Source of the DNA: Pseudomonadota bacterium
Lineage (GTDB): Bacteria; Pseudomonadota; Alphaproteobacteria; UBA1280; JAAZVW01
Assembly (NCBI GenBank): GCA_018623135.1
Contig: JAAZVW010000002.1
Coordinates: 5,447 to 69,446 of the forward strand
Length of the DNA stretch: 64,000 bases
Direction of reading: 5' to 3'
In this document: piece after piece, positions 1 through 10,835 of the stretch
Layout: each line of letters begins with the position of its first letter
How positions within the stretch are numbered: position 1 is the stretch's first letter
Made by a program: the position numbers and the translations under genes
Notes under the pieces: model-generated
Seen by the model: only the letters and a program-made list of their open reading frames with translations
Told to the model about the DNA's origin: nothing
Database searches by the model: none

Positions 1-164
1 TTTACATAGGCTCCCTTATTTTTAAGCAAGTATAGTACTTGATCACTGACCTATATCAGTTTTAGGCCTACCAGCGGCAAAATAGATTCATTTTGACAAC
101 AATTTATATTTTATTTAAAATTAAATCACATTAAATAACAATAACTTTTAGAGGTTTTAAGCTT

Positions 165-683
165 ATGGGATATCGTCCTCTCTGGGATGGTAAATTAAAG
201 CTAATTACCAGCCCTTCAACCCTAAAAAACGCCCTTTCAGTTTTTTCTCCAGAAAAAAACACACGCCAGCAACAGATGTACTTTATCAATAGATTTTGTA
301 TTTCTTATCCTGACTTAAATTTATCAAATAAAGACATTGAAATACTAAAAAAATTACCAGAAAACTGTTATGTTTTTTGCAAAAACCCCTATACCCTAAC
401 CTTTGGCGAGATATATAAAGTTTATTTAAAGTGTCTGTTTCATGAAGAAAAACTCATTGATAACATTTTAGATATTTGTGACTTTCTTTTAACTTTAGGT
501 TGCTCATCTCCACAACAGTTGCACAGGGTTTTAACCACCCCAAATACGGCATTAAATTGCATAAGCCCTTACAGCTTTTTAACAGAAAGCCCAGCTAACC
601 AAAACCAAGAAATAATAAAGATTATAGAAGAACAAGGATCCGCCTTTATTCATGATTGCGTCATAAAAAAAGCCACTCATTAA
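165..683 (+). CDS. hypothetical protein (172 aa), no recognised family
   Basis: Intact ORF whose stop codon sits in the loop of a strong hairpin terminator (665-697). I recognise no catalytic or signal motif. Confidence 0.5.
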   Translation: MGYRPLWDGKLKLITSPSTLKNALSVFSPEKNTRQQQMYFINRFCISYPDLNLSNKDIEILKKLPENCYVFCKNPYTLTFGEIYKVYLKCLFHEEKLIDNILDICDFLLTLGCSSPQQLHRVLTTPNTALNCISPYSFLTESPANQNQEIIKIIEEQGSAFIHDCVIKKATH

Positions 684-697
684 GAGTGGCTTTTTTT
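665..697. terminator. bidirectional rho-independent terminator
   Basis: 8-bp stem agccactc/gagtggct (671-678 / 684-691), flanked by an A-run and a T7 run. It lies between the convergent 172-aa ORF and lipA. Confidence 0.8.
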
Positions 698-710
698 ATT
701 CAAAAGTTGG

Positions 711-1697
711 TTAAACTTTACCCTGCTCTCTTTTTTCTTTAAGTTCAGCAAAGAATTTATCTGCATGATAAGATGAGCGCGTTAATGGAGAAGATGACAC
801 CATTAAAAAGCCTTTCATTTTGGCAATCGTTTCATATTCTTTAAACTGCTCAGGTGTTACATATTCTTTAACAGGATGGTGTTTTTCACTTGGCCTTAAA
901 TACTGACCAATGGTTAAAAAGTCCACCCCTGCGGCACGCATATCATTCATAACCTGCAACACTTCTGCACGTGTTTCACCTAAACCAACCATAATCCCTG
1001 ATTTTGTAAATGTATCTGGATGACGTTCTTTAACACGTTGCAACAAACGCAAACTACTAAAGTAACGTGCTGAAGGACGAACAGTCGCATACAAACGTGG
1101 CACTGTTTCTAAGTTATGATTAAAGACGTCTGGTTTAGCATCTGCAACAATATCAATACTACTTTCTGTTTTTCTAAAATCAGGTGTTAAAATTTCAATT
1201 GTTGTTTCTGGTGCTTTTTCTTTAATAAGGCGTACACATTCTGCCCAGTGCGCTGCGCCACCATCTTCTAAATCGTCTCGATCTACAGAAGTGATTACAA
1301 CATGTTTAAGCCCCAGTTCTGCCACCATATTAGAGAGATTTTTAGGCTCTTCAGTATCTAAAGGTAATGGTTTACCTGTTTTAACATTACAAAAAGCACA
1401 TGACCTTGTGCAAACATCTCCAGCAATCATAACCGTTAAATGGCCAGAGGCCCAACAATCCCCAATATTAGGACAAGCAGCTTCTTGGCAAACAGTATGA
1501 AGTTTCTGGTCTTTCACACGGCTTACTAAATCATGGTATGTTTTTGATTGTGGCGCACGCACACGTAGCCAGTCAGGTTTTTTATCTTTAAGATCAACTT
1601 CACCAAGAGGTGCGCCCTCTACCCAATCGGTATTGCGCTTGTGGTAAGGCTTAGAAGTTGCCTCTTCTTCTATATGGATTTTTATTGCTTGTTTCAT
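711..1697 (-). CDS. lipA: lipoyl synthase
   Basis: Radical-SAM CxxxCxxC motif ([10 protein letters not shown]) plus the LipA auxiliary cluster motif ([13 protein letters not shown]). Start moved from 1733 to MKQAIK at 1697. Confidence 0.93.
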   Translation of the reverse strand: MKQAIKIHIEEEATSKPYHKRNTDWVEGAPLGEVDLKDKKPDWLRVRAPQSKTYHDLVSRVKDQKLHTVCQEAACPNIGDCWASGHLTVMIAGDVCTRSCAFCNVKTGKPLPLDTEEPKNLSNMVAELGLKHVVITSVDRDDLEDGGAAHWAECVRLIKEKAPETTIEILTPDFRKTESSIDIVADAKPDVFNHNLETVPRLYATVRPSARYFSSLRLLQRVKERHPDTFTKSGIMVGLGETRAEVLQVMNDMRAAGVDFLTIGQYLRPSEKHHPVKEYVTPEQFKEYETIAKMKGFLMVSSSPLTRSSYHADKFFAELKEKREQGKV

Positions 1698-1812
1698 GGA
1701 AATTATTATTATCTTATGCGCCTTAAAAAGCAAGATTAAAACTTGCTTTTTGTCTGTTAAAACGTCAGAGTATAGCTCATTATTTAAATCATAATGAACA
1801 AAGAACTATTAA

Positions 1813-2442
1813 ATGCAAGAACTCTTAACTCTTATACATGAACACACTGGGAATCATCCCTATCTTTTTGCATTTGTTATTGGTATGATTTTCGCGATGC
1901 CTTTAGGTGTTGTTACCGTTATTGCCCTTAAGCAACGTAATCATCATGGTTTTTTTGCAGGTTTCAAAGTGGCTTTAACCTGTGTAAGCGCAGATGCTAT
2001 TATCGCTTTCATCGTTTTCACCTCATACAACATTATTGTTGATGAATTCAGAAATCATCAAAATCAACTTAACCTTATTATGGGTATTATCTTTTTAATC
2101 TTAGGATTAATGATGATACGGCAACATGAAAAAACACCACCCAAAGCGGGACTTAAATTACATTTTTTTGTTTTAAGTATTACACTTTTTAACCCTGGGA
2201 ACACCCTCGCTCTCATCACATATAAATTATTGGTCTCACCCACTGAAGATGGCATACCTGTATTTAGCAATATCGCTGTTATCGCAACCGGTGCAATATT
2301 AACTTGGTTATCTGTACTAAAATTTGTACCAAACCTACGCGAAAAACAAAAAGCTCAAAAGTCATCAGCCAAAAAAATACCTATAGGCGGCATTCTTGTA
2401 TTAATTATTGGTACAAGCCTTTGTATTAAATATTTTTTCTAA
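1813..2442 (+). CDS. polytopic membrane protein, distantly LysE/RhtB-like (tandem paralog 1)
   Basis: About 6 hydrophobic segments. Shares the motifs PLGV..IAL.QR..HG, PP.KAG.K.H, FNP.N...I.YKLL and PIGG with the next ORF. Confidence 0.6.
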   Translation: MQELLTLIHEHTGNHPYLFAFVIGMIFAMPLGVVTVIALKQRNHHGFFAGFKVALTCVSADAIIAFIVFTSYNIIVDEFRNHQNQLNLIMGIIFLILGLMMIRQHEKTPPKAGLKLHFFVLSITLFNPGNTLALITYKLLVSPTEDGIPVFSNIAVIATGAILTWLSVLKFVPNLREKQKAQKSSAKKIPIGGILVLIIGTSLCIKYFF

Positions 2443-2507
2443 AAGCCTTGCATTTATCATCTCAAAAGAGCATAACGTAGAAGACTTTTCCTTCCTTTGG
2501 AGTTCTT

Positions 2508-3176
2508 ATGAACCTACTTAACTCTTTATCAGGCCTTATCACACAAGGCCTTTCTGCAATTGGTAATCCGCATATTCTTATCCAAAATTTTGCATTGGAT
2601 AACCCTATTATTATCCAGTTTGCGCTGGGTATTGCGCTAAGTTTTCCGCTGGGTGTAAGTTATATTATTGCACTACGACAGCGACAAGAACATGGCTATA
2701 TTGGCGCAGGTAAAATTGCATCTACCCAAGTTTTAGCGGTGATGTGCCTTACTGCGGCCACGCTCATATTTTTCAAAAATATTCATGAAATTTTTATTGA
2801 ATATGAATACCAAGCCCAAATTTCTTTTATGATTATACTCTTCTTTTTAGGTGGATTCCTTATTGTGAACCATAATAAACCACCGCAAAAAGCAGGATTT
2901 AAAACCCATTGGGGAATTTTTCTATTCAATATTTTTAACCCCAGCAATATCAGCTGGCTTATTGCCTATAAACTTTTGCTATACCCTATTGAAACGGGTG
3001 AAATTCTGGATGATATCTGCATTATCTTCCTTGGTAGTTTCTTTACTTGGGTAACGACCTTTATTGTTTACAAAAGACGTGAGTACGAATTAAGTGAAAT
3101 CTCATCTGGTTATCCCATTGGTGGATATATCCTGATTTGTCTTTCTCTTATTATGGCCATCACAGTATTCTATTAA
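2508..3176 (+). CDS. polytopic membrane protein, distantly LysE/RhtB-like (tandem paralog 2)
   Basis: Collinear motif sharing with 1813-2442. Followed by the terminator at 3188-3221. Confidence 0.6.
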   Translation: MNLLNSLSGLITQGLSAIGNPHILIQNFALDNPIIIQFALGIALSFPLGVSYIIALRQRQEHGYIGAGKIASTQVLAVMCLTAATLIFFKNIHEIFIEYEYQAQISFMIILFFLGGFLIVNHNKPPQKAGFKTHWGIFLFNIFNPSNISWLIAYKLLLYPIETGEILDDICIIFLGSFFTWVTTFIVYKRREYELSEISSGYPIGGYILICLSLIMAITVFY

Positions 3177-3187
3177 CGACTCTAACC

Positions 3188-3221
3188 CAAAAAAGCCGCT
3201 CATAATTTGAGCGGCTTTTTA
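3188..3221. terminator. bidirectional rho-independent terminator
   Basis: 10-bp stem aagccgctca/tgagcggctt (3193-3202 / 3208-3217) with a flanking A-run and T-run. It lies between convergent genes. Confidence 0.8.
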
Positions 3222-3244
3222 ATCTATATACCTACTTAATACCC

Positions 3245-4651
3245 TTAGGCATTAAGGGTGCGACCTTCTGCAGCAAGTACAGACTCATGCAGCATTTCAG
3301 AAAGAGTCGGGTGCGGGAAGCATGTCGCAATAAGATCTTCTTCTGTTGTTTCAAGCTGTTTACCTAAAACAAATGTAGAAATCATTTCCGTTGCTTCTGC
3401 ACCAATAATATGTGCACCCAAAAGCTCGCCACTGTCTTTATCAAAGATAGTTTTTACCATACCATCTTCTTCACCAATTGCTTTAGCTTTACCATTAGCT
3501 TGGTACATAAATTTACCAACTTTAATGTTATAACCTTCTGCTTTGGCGCGCTCTTCTGTTAAACCTGTAGAAGCAACTTGTGGCGTACAATAAGTACAGC
3601 CCGGCACATTATCGTAGTCCATTTCATGTGTATGATTATATTTACCAATTGCTTCGGCACAAATAACACCTTCATGAGAAGCCACATGTGCAAGCGCCTG
3701 ACGCCCAACAATATCACCAATTGCCCAAATACCAGGTACATTAGTACGGTATTGGCTATCTACTTTAATAATACCGCGTTCATGCTCTACGCCTAATACT
3801 TCTAGGCCTAAAGATTCAACATTCCCCTGAACACCAATGGCGAGAATGGCTTTATCAAATTTGGTCTTCTCTTCTTTACCTTTTGCATTTTCAATTGTAG
3901 CAGAAACGTCAGACTTGTTAGATTTCAGCTCTTGTACTTTAGCGCCTGTCATAATTTTAATACCGCGTTTCTTTAATGATTTTTCAAGCATTTTAGAAAC
4001 TTCTGCATCTTCAACTGGTAAAATACAGTCTAAACCTTCAACAACAGTTACATCAACACCAAATGTTGCATAAAAAGAAGCAAATTCAATACCTATGGCA
4101 CCTGCACCAATAACCAGTAAAGACTTTGGCATTTTTTCTGGCACCATAGCTTCGTAATATGTCCAAATATTTTTACCATCAGCCTCTAGCACACCAGGGA
4201 TCTGACGCGGACGCGCACCTGTTGCTACAACAAAGTTTTTAGAAGAAACTGACTCTGTTTTACCATCTTTATCTGTGACTTCAATTTCTGTTTTAGAAAC
4301 AAATTTAGCGGCACCCATAAGTGTTGTAATATTGTTCTTTTTCATTAAAAAGCCAATACCGCCCGATAGTGTGTCTGCAACACTGCGTGAGCGCTGCACA
4401 AGTTCTTTTACGTTAACATCTACATCACCTTTAACATGGATACCAAAATCAGCAGCATGCTGAATGGTTGCATAAGTTTCTGATGCTTTTAAAAGCGCTT
4501 TCGTTGGGATACAACCCCAGTTCAAGCAAATGCCACCTAGGTGTTCTTTTTCAATAATAGCGACTTTCTGGCCAAGTTGAGCGGCACGAATTGCTGCAAC
4601 ATAACCACCAGGACCAGCGCCAATAACAACTGTATCAAATTGTTGAGACAT
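3245..4651 (-). CDS. lpdA: dihydrolipoyl dehydrogenase (E3)
   Basis: FAD-binding GAGPGGY motif, redox-active disulfide CLNWGCIPTK, and the C-terminal interface motif HPTLSE. Confidence 0.95.
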   Translation of the reverse strand: MSQQFDTVVIGAGPGGYVAAIRAAQLGQKVAIIEKEHLGGICLNWGCIPTKALLKASETYATIQHAADFGIHVKGDVDVNVKELVQRSRSVADTLSGGIGFLMKKNNITTLMGAAKFVSKTEIEVTDKDGKTESVSSKNFVVATGARPRQIPGVLEADGKNIWTYYEAMVPEKMPKSLLVIGAGAIGIEFASFYATFGVDVTVVEGLDCILPVEDAEVSKMLEKSLKKRGIKIMTGAKVQELKSNKSDVSATIENAKGKEEKTKFDKAILAIGVQGNVESLGLEVLGVEHERGIIKVDSQYRTNVPGIWAIGDIVGRQALAHVASHEGVICAEAIGKYNHTHEMDYDNVPGCTYCTPQVASTGLTEERAKAEGYNIKVGKFMYQANGKAKAIGEEDGMVKTIFDKDSGELLGAHIIGAEATEMISTFVLGKQLETTEEDLIATCFPHPTLSEMLHESVLAAEGRTLNA

Positions 4652-4664
4652 ATTTTTATCCTTC

Positions 4665-5972
4665 CTAAAGAACCATCTTAATTGGGTTCTGCAGATAGTC
4701 TTTAATAGATGCTAAAACTTCGGCACCCAAAGCACCATCAATAACACGATGATCTACACTTAAAGAAACAGTCATAACTGATGCGACTTTCATATCGCCG
4801 TTATCAACAACAACTTTTTCTTCCGACGCACCCACAGCTAAAATACAAGCTTGTGGTGGGTTCACAATCGCCTTAAATTCTTTAACACCGTACATTCCTA
4901 AGTTAGAGATAGAAAATCCACCGCCTTGGTATTCGTGCGGTTGCAATTTACCTTCTTTTGCTTTAACGGCAAGCTGTTTCATTTCTGTAGAAAGCACAGG
5001 CAATGGTTTTTGGTCTGCTTGACGTAAAATTGGTGTAATAAGACCACCATCAATTGCCACAGCTACAGCCATATCAATATCACCCAAATGCAATAAATGA
5101 TCACCTTGGAATGATGCATTCGCATGAGGATTATCACGCAGAGCCAAAGCACAAGCTTTAATAATAAAATCATTTACTGTAAGTTTATAAGCACCATTAG
5201 CAGCTGCGTTAATTTCTTGACGCATTTCAAGAAGTTTATCCATGCGCACATCTGCTGTTAAATAAAAGTGCGGTACGGATTGCTTAGATTCTGTAAGACG
5301 TTGCGCAATTGTACGACGCATCATCGAAAGCTCTTCTTTTGTCTGCGCTTTTGGTGCTGTTGGTGTATAAGAAAGACCAAAACTACCACCAGCTGATGCT
5401 GTTTGTGGCAACCCGTTTTCTTTTACATCCATCACATCTTTTTTCACGATGCGACCATTAGGTCCAGAACCTGGAATTTGCTCAAGAGGTAAATTATACC
5501 AATCAGCCAAACGCTTAGCTAACGGGCTTGCTGTAACCTTACCATTAGCCGTTGGTGCTGTTGGTGCAATTACAGGTGCAGGAGCCGCCACAGGCTGTAC
5601 AGCAACGGGAGCTGGTGCAGATACCGCAGCAGGTGCTTCTACCGATGTAGGTGCTGCGGCAGGTGTTTCTTCTGCCTTTTGTTCAACAGGTTCGGCTTTT
5701 ACTTCCGGCTTATAATCAGCAGGTACATCTTCACCATCTTCTGCAAGTACAGCAATAGGTGCACCTACTGTAATCATATTACCGACTTCACCTAAAATTT
5801 GGTGAATTTTACCATCTTCTGTTGCTTCAACTTCCATTGTTGCTTTGTCTGTTTCTACTTCGGCAATAATATCACCCATAGAAACTTCATCGCCCACATT
5901 TACAGTCCAGTTTGCCAAACGGCCTTCTGTCATTGTTGGCGAAAGTTTTGGCATTAACACATCAATTGGCAT
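4665..5972 (-). CDS. pdhC: pyruvate dehydrogenase E2, dihydrolipoamide acetyltransferase
   Basis: One lipoyl domain (VETDKATMEVE), an Ala/Pro linker, a peripheral-subunit-binding domain (SPLAKRLA) and the catalytic DHRVIDGA motif. Confidence 0.93.
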   Translation of the reverse strand: MPIDVLMPKLSPTMTEGRLANWTVNVGDEVSMGDIIAEVETDKATMEVEATEDGKIHQILGEVGNMITVGAPIAVLAEDGEDVPADYKPEVKAEPVEQKAEETPAAAPTSVEAPAAVSAPAPVAVQPVAAPAPVIAPTAPTANGKVTASPLAKRLADWYNLPLEQIPGSGPNGRIVKKDVMDVKENGLPQTASAGGSFGLSYTPTAPKAQTKEELSMMRRTIAQRLTESKQSVPHFYLTADVRMDKLLEMRQEINAAANGAYKLTVNDFIIKACALALRDNPHANASFQGDHLLHLGDIDMAVAVAIDGGLITPILRQADQKPLPVLSTEMKQLAVKAKEGKLQPHEYQGGGFSISNLGMYGVKEFKAIVNPPQACILAVGASEEKVVVDNGDMKVASVMTVSLSVDHRVIDGALGAEVLASIKDYLQNPIKMVL

Positions 5973-5981
5973 TTTTCTATC

Positions 5982-6974
5982 CTAATCCTTATAGAGTGTT
6001 TTCTTAACTGCTTCCACAATTTCAGCAGGCTGTGGAAGCGCAAGTTGTTCTAAATTTTCTGCATATGGTAAAGGTACATCTTTACCTGTAACACGCTCAA
6101 CAGGCGCATCTAAATCATCAAAGCTACGTTCCATTACCATTTGGCCAATTTCTGCACCTAAGCCAGCAAATGCCCAACCTTCTTCTGCAATGACAAGACG
6201 GTTTGTTTTAGCAACAGAGTTTAAAATAGCTTGTTCATCTAGTGGGCGGATGGTACGTAAATCAATCACTTCGGCATCTATACCTTCTGCTTCTAATGTT
6301 TTAGCAGCTTCTAGAGCTTTAATAACCATCATAGAATGAGCAACAATTGTGACATCTGAACCCGTACGTGCAATACGTGCTTTACCAATTTCTACAATAG
6401 CGTCATCACCATCTGCTACATCACCTTCTACGCCATATAGCAACTCATTTTCTAGTACAATTACAGGTGCATTGTCACGCACTGCAGCCTTAAGAAGGCC
6501 TTTTGCATCTGCCGCAGTTGCAGGAGATACAACTTTTAAACCTGGTACATGTGCGTACCAGCTTGAGTATTCTTGACTATGCTGAGCAGCAACACGCGCC
6601 GCCGCACCATTAGGTCCACGAAAGACAATAGGGCAACTTACTAAACCGCCTGACATATAATATGTTTTAGCAGCAGAGTTAATAATTTGGTCAATGGCCT
6701 GCATACCAAAGTTCCATGTCATAAACTCAACGATTGGACGTAAACCTGTCATTGCTGCACCTACAGCGATACCAGCAAAACCATGCTCTGTAATAGGTGT
6801 ATCAATCACACGTTTGGCACCAAATTCTTGTACCAAATCACGAGAACACTTATAAGCACCTTGGTAATCTGCCACCTCTTCTCCCATAAGGAAGACATTT
6901 TCATCACGGCGCATTTCTTCTGCCATTCCGTCACGGATAGCATCACGTGTTGGCACTGTACGTAATTCTGTCAT
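5982..6974 (-). CDS. pdhB: pyruvate dehydrogenase E1 beta subunit
   Basis: Transketolase-like pyrimidine-binding and C-terminal domains, in a pdhA-pdhB-pdhC context. Confidence 0.92.
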   Translation of the reverse strand: MTELRTVPTRDAIRDGMAEEMRRDENVFLMGEEVADYQGAYKCSRDLVQEFGAKRVIDTPITEHGFAGIAVGAAMTGLRPIVEFMTWNFGMQAIDQIINSAAKTYYMSGGLVSCPIVFRGPNGAAARVAAQHSQEYSSWYAHVPGLKVVSPATAADAKGLLKAAVRDNAPVIVLENELLYGVEGDVADGDDAIVEIGKARIARTGSDVTIVAHSMMVIKALEAAKTLEAEGIDAEVIDLRTIRPLDEQAILNSVAKTNRLVIAEEGWAFAGLGAEIGQMVMERSFDDLDAPVERVTGKDVPLPYAENLEQLALPQPAEIVEAVKKTLYKD

Positions 6975-6991
6975 ATTCTTCTTCCTTACCT

Positions 6992-7984
6992 TTATTCTGG
7001 CATAATATCTGTATAAAGTTCAGACTCATTTGGCAGAGCCGAAGTCGTTGCATGTTCTGCAACCTCTTTAATACGTTTTTTAATTTCAGAATCAATCGCT
7101 TTCAAATCTTCTTCTTTAACCGCATGTTCTTCCACAAGCATATTTGTAACTTGCTGAATTGGGTCACGATGCTCTTTCATATTCTGTACTTCTTCTTTAC
7201 TACGATATGTCGCAGGGTCAGACATTGAATGCCCACGGTAACGATATGTCTTCATTTCTAGCAAATAAGGGCCTTTGCCTGAGCGAATATAATCAGCGGC
7301 TTCTTCAACTGCTGCTTTTACCGCTAAAATATCCATACCATCTACTTGCTTGCCTGGTATACCAAAGCTTTCACCACGTTTGTAAAGCTCAACATTACCT
7401 GCTGAACGCTGTACAGATGTACCCATCGCGTACTCGTTATTTTCAATAATATAAAGAACTGGTAAATCCCACAACTTAGCCATATTGAATGATTCGTAAA
7501 CCTGACCTTGATGCAAAGCACCATCACCCATATAAGCCACACAAATTGTGTCATCACCACGGTATTTATTTGCAAAAGCAATACCTGTACCTAAAGAAAT
7601 TTGCGCACCTACAATACCATGACCACCCCAGAAGTGTTTTTCTGGGTCAAACATATGCATCGAGCCACCTTTACCTTTAGACACGCCCGTTTCTCGGCCT
7701 GTGAGCTCAGCCATAACAGCTTCAGGTTCAACACCGCAAGCAATAGCATGTGCGTGGCAGCGGTAAGATGTAATTTGATCATCTTCTGGCTTTGTTGCAG
7801 CCTTAATGCCAGTCAGCACAGCTTCTTGGCCAATATATAAATGGCAAAAACCTGCAATTTGACCTTGAGTATATAATTGAGCGGCACGCTCTTCGAAACG
7901 ACGTAGGAGCAACATTTGCTCATAATAATTCAATAGTTCTTCTTTTGAAGCTCTATGATTGGAAAGCTTTGTAACGGCTGTCAT
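6992..7984 (-). CDS. pdhA: pyruvate dehydrogenase E1 alpha subunit
   Basis: TPP-binding region GDGA...N and the E1-alpha loop [11 protein letters not shown]. Confidence 0.92.
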   Translation of the reverse strand: MTAVTKLSNHRASKEELLNYYEQMLLLRRFEERAAQLYTQGQIAGFCHLYIGQEAVLTGIKAATKPEDDQITSYRCHAHAIACGVEPEAVMAELTGRETGVSKGKGGSMHMFDPEKHFWGGHGIVGAQISLGTGIAFANKYRGDDTICVAYMGDGALHQGQVYESFNMAKLWDLPVLYIIENNEYAMGTSVQRSAGNVELYKRGESFGIPGKQVDGMDILAVKAAVEEAADYIRSGKGPYLLEMKTYRYRGHSMSDPATYRSKEEVQNMKEHRDPIQQVTNMLVEEHAVKEEDLKAIDSEIKKRIKEVAEHATTSALPNESELYTDIMPE

Positions 7985-8104
7985 TGTTATTTGTTCTCTT
8001 TATATATTTATAGTATTTCTGAACAGCTCAAACATATGCTTTAGCACAGAAAAATGCAAGTCATATAAATGGTGCGCTGCACACAAAAAGAGGATAGTTT
8101 TTAT

Positions 8105-8419
8105 TTATCGAGAAAGATAAATAACGCGTTCATTACGACGCAAAACAGGCAAAGACTCACGAACACGTTCATCAAGATAGTCAACATCAAGAGATTCTGG
8201 CTTTAAACGCAATACTTTATGCTCTAATTCAGCATGGCGCTCATTTAATAAAGCATTTTCAATCTTCATTTGATTCACCTGCTCATTTAAACCATACCAA
8301 ACCCACAAACTTCTATCACCAGTAAACAAATGATAATATACATAAGTGAAGACCAGTAGCACCGCTACCGGTAAGAATAAAGTTTTAGAATGTTTAAATA
8401 GTTCTCTCAATATCCACAT
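8105..8419 (-). CDS. ftsB: septum formation initiator, FtsB/DivIC family
   Basis: A single N-terminal TM helix followed by a coiled coil. It sits between eno and pdhA, a position I recall as conserved in Alphaproteobacteria. Confidence 0.7.
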   Translation of the reverse strand: MWILRELFKHSKTLFLPVAVLLVFTYVYYHLFTGDRSLWVWYGLNEQVNQMKIENALLNERHAELEHKVLRLKPESLDVDYLDERVRESLPVLRRNERVIYLSR

Positions 8420-8549
8420 AAAAGCATAGTAGCACCGCTTTTTTTATTTGTGCATATAAAAAAACACAGATTTGAATGTTAAACTTTGCCCCTGTAACAG
8501 AGCTGTTACGTCACACAAAAAACACAGTGTTTCATTTTGGCGTATTCAT

Positions 8550-8580
8550 AAAAAAAGCAGCGCAAATTGCGCTGCTTTAA
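8550..8580 (-). terminator. rho-independent terminator of eno
   Basis: Stem gcagcgc/gcgctgc (8557-8563 / 8569-8575), with a T7 run on the minus strand. Confidence 0.8.
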
Positions 8581-8599
8581 AACAATACAAAAAACCTTT

Positions 8600-9880
8600 T
8601 TAACAAAAAGCTTTAGCTCCTAAATACAAAGCCTCATCACCAAGCTCTTCTTCAATACGCAACAGCTGATTATATTTAGCTGTTCGGTCAGTTCTGCTTA
8701 AAGAACCTGTTTTAATTTGCCCTGCATTTGTCGCAACAGCTAAATCTGCAATTGTAGCATCCTCTGTTTCACCACTTCTATGAGAAACAACCGATGTGTA
8801 ACCCGCATCTTGCGCCATAGCCATCGTTTCTAGAGTTTCTGTAAGTGTGCCAATTTGGTTAACCTTAATTAAAATAGAGTTCGCCATTTTCTTGTCGATA
8901 CCACGTGCAAGTATTTCTTTATTTGTCACAAACAAATCATCGCCAACAAGCTGAATAGACGCGCCTAGTTTTTCTGTAATCAGTTGCCAACCTTTATCGT
9001 CAGACTCATCTAAGCCATCCTCAATGGAAGCAATCGGAAACTTATCACAAAGTTCAACATAGTAATCAACAAGCTCTTGAGCTTTTAAATCCCTGTTTTC
9101 ATATGCAAAATGGTAACAATCTTTATCTTTATTATAAAATTCAGAAGCTGCAGCATCTAGCGCAAAAACAAAATCTTCTTCTAGCTGATACCCTGCTTGC
9201 TCCACGGCACGACATAACCAGCTCAGCGCCTCTTCATTTGTTTTAAAACTTGGTGCAAAACCACCTTCATCCCCTACTGCTGTATTATAACCTTCAGCTT
9301 TTAATAGTTTTTTAAGCGTATGGAAGACTTCTGCACCCATTTGCAATGCCTGTTTAAATGTTTCTGCACCTACAGGCACAACCATAAATTCCTGAATATC
9401 TAAACTATTATCAGCATGAGAACCACCATTAATCACGTTCATCATTGGTGTTGGTAATGTAATCGCTTTTTCTGTTGTAATCGCTTTATAAAGGGGCACG
9501 CCTAAATGCATAGCGCGCGCCTTAGCCACAGCTAAAGAAACACCCAAAATTGCATTCGCACCTAAATTTTCTTTATTTGGTGTATCATCTGCCGCACGTA
9601 AAGCATCATCAATATCTTTTTGATTTAAAACAGAGCGACCTAGTACAGCTTGTGCAAGTTCATTATTTACAGCATCTACAGCCTGCGTTACACCCTTACC
9701 CAGATAACGACTCTCATCTTCATCTCTTTTTTCAATCGCTTCACGCGACCCAGTTGACGCACCAGAAGGTACTGCTGCACGCCCAAATGCGCCAGAAGAT
9801 GTTATCACATCAACCTCTACAGTTGGATTCCCACGTGAATCAAGAATTTCTCGACCTAGTACCTTTAATATTTGAGCCAT
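8600..9880 (-). CDS. eno: enolase
   Basis: [13 protein letters not shown]-terminus and SHRSGETED active-site motif. Start moved from 9901 to MAQILKV at 9880. Confidence 0.96.
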   Translation of the reverse strand: MAQILKVLGREILDSRGNPTVEVDVITSSGAFGRAAVPSGASTGSREAIEKRDEDESRYLGKGVTQAVDAVNNELAQAVLGRSVLNQKDIDDALRAADDTPNKENLGANAILGVSLAVAKARAMHLGVPLYKAITTEKAITLPTPMMNVINGGSHADNSLDIQEFMVVPVGAETFKQALQMGAEVFHTLKKLLKAEGYNTAVGDEGGFAPSFKTNEEALSWLCRAVEQAGYQLEEDFVFALDAAASEFYNKDKDCYHFAYENRDLKAQELVDYYVELCDKFPIASIEDGLDESDDKGWQLITEKLGASIQLVGDDLFVTNKEILARGIDKKMANSILIKVNQIGTLTETLETMAMAQDAGYTSVVSHRSGETEDATIADLAVATNAGQIKTGSLSRTDRTAKYNQLLRIEEELGDEALYLGAKAFC

Positions 9881-9986
9881 TAGAGCTATATCCTCATACA
9901 ATTATTGCTTAATTTCAGTCGGTATTTATTTCTTTTATATATAGAATAACCCTACCAAAAAACATTCTATAGAAAGGATTAGCATT

Positions 9987-10361
9987 ATGCAATTAGAGAG
10001 CGCTAAAAAATCATTATATGAACAACTCGGCGGAGAACCTGCGGTAAATGCAGCAGTCGATCTTTTCTATAAAAAAGTACTTAATGATGAGCGAATTAAC
10101 CATTTTTTTACGCATACGGATATGGATAAACTTATCAACAAACAAAAAGAGTTTATGACCTATGCCTTTGGTGGACATTCTAGATACGAAGGTCAATCAC
10201 TAAGAATGGCGCACAAAGACCTAGATTTAATAGAGGATGATTTTAATGCTGTTGCTGAATGTTTAAATGATACATTAGAGGAACTCAATGTCCCTATTCA
10301 ATTACAAGCAGAAGTCATGACCATTGTCGGCAGTACAAAAGCAGATATTTTAAATATGTAA
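9987..10361 (+). CDS. glbN: group I truncated hemoglobin
   Basis: The 124-aa size and the N-terminal pattern LYEQLGGEPAVNAAVDLFYKKVLNDERINHFF are typical of trHbN globins. Confidence 0.8.
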   Translation: MQLESAKKSLYEQLGGEPAVNAAVDLFYKKVLNDERINHFFTHTDMDKLINKQKEFMTYAFGGHSRYEGQSLRMAHKDLDLIEDDFNAVAECLNDTLEELNVPIQLQAEVMTIVGSTKADILNM

Positions 10362-10387
10362 TACCCCTCCATTGCTTAAGTAGAGCA

Positions 10388-10424
10388 AAAAAAAATAGCA
10401 CCTTATTAAGGTGCCATTTTTTAT
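10388..10424. terminator. bidirectional rho-independent terminator
   Basis: Stem gcacctt/aaggtgc (10398-10414), flanked by an A8 run and a T6 run. It lies between convergent glbN and secG. Confidence 0.75.
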
Positions 10425-10450
10425 TCGCTTAAAAGCTTAAGGTATCAGAT

Positions 10451-10783
10451 TTATTCAGTATCTGGATTCGTTACTGGCTCTGGTAATTTAGGTTCAGCAA
10501 TTGTTTCTTGTATTTCTACCTGCATTGCATCAACAACAGATTGGCTCGCACCATCACCTGCAGCACGCATTGCCATAACAAGAGAAAGAACCATAAAAAT
10601 AGTTGCTGCAATATAAGTTGCACGTGTCATCGCATTACCAGAAGAAGAAGCAGACATAAGACTGTTAGAGTTACCACCACCAGCAAGACCACCTAAACCG
10701 CCAGAATCACGCTGTAAAAGAACCAAAATCACAACAGCAACGATTGAAAGCATGTGCATTACAAATAGAAAAGAATCTAGCAT
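10451..10783 (-). CDS. secG: preprotein translocase subunit SecG
   Basis: Two TM helices separated by a Gly-rich loop (LLQRDSGGLGGLAGGG), adjacent to tpiA. Confidence 0.85.
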   Translation of the reverse strand: MLDSFLFVMHMLSIVAVVILVLLQRDSGGLGGLAGGGNSNSLMSASSSGNAMTRATYIAATIFMVLSLVMAMRAAGDGASQSVVDAMQVEIQETIAEPKLPEPVTNPDTE

Positions 10784-10835
10784 TATTTTACCTTAACTTT
10801 TTCAAATTAGTTATTTATAGGAGGTCTTTATACAT

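Noticed and set aside
5449-5715. 88-aa Ala/Gly-rich ORF on the plus strand
   Set aside because: It is antisense to the Ala/Pro linker of the PDH E2 gene, so it is a compositional artefact.
8503-8520. Short palindrome GTAACAG-AG-CTGTTAC upstream of ftsB as an operator
   Set aside because: It is a 7-bp arm seen once, matches no regulator consensus I know, and no second copy occurs in the window.
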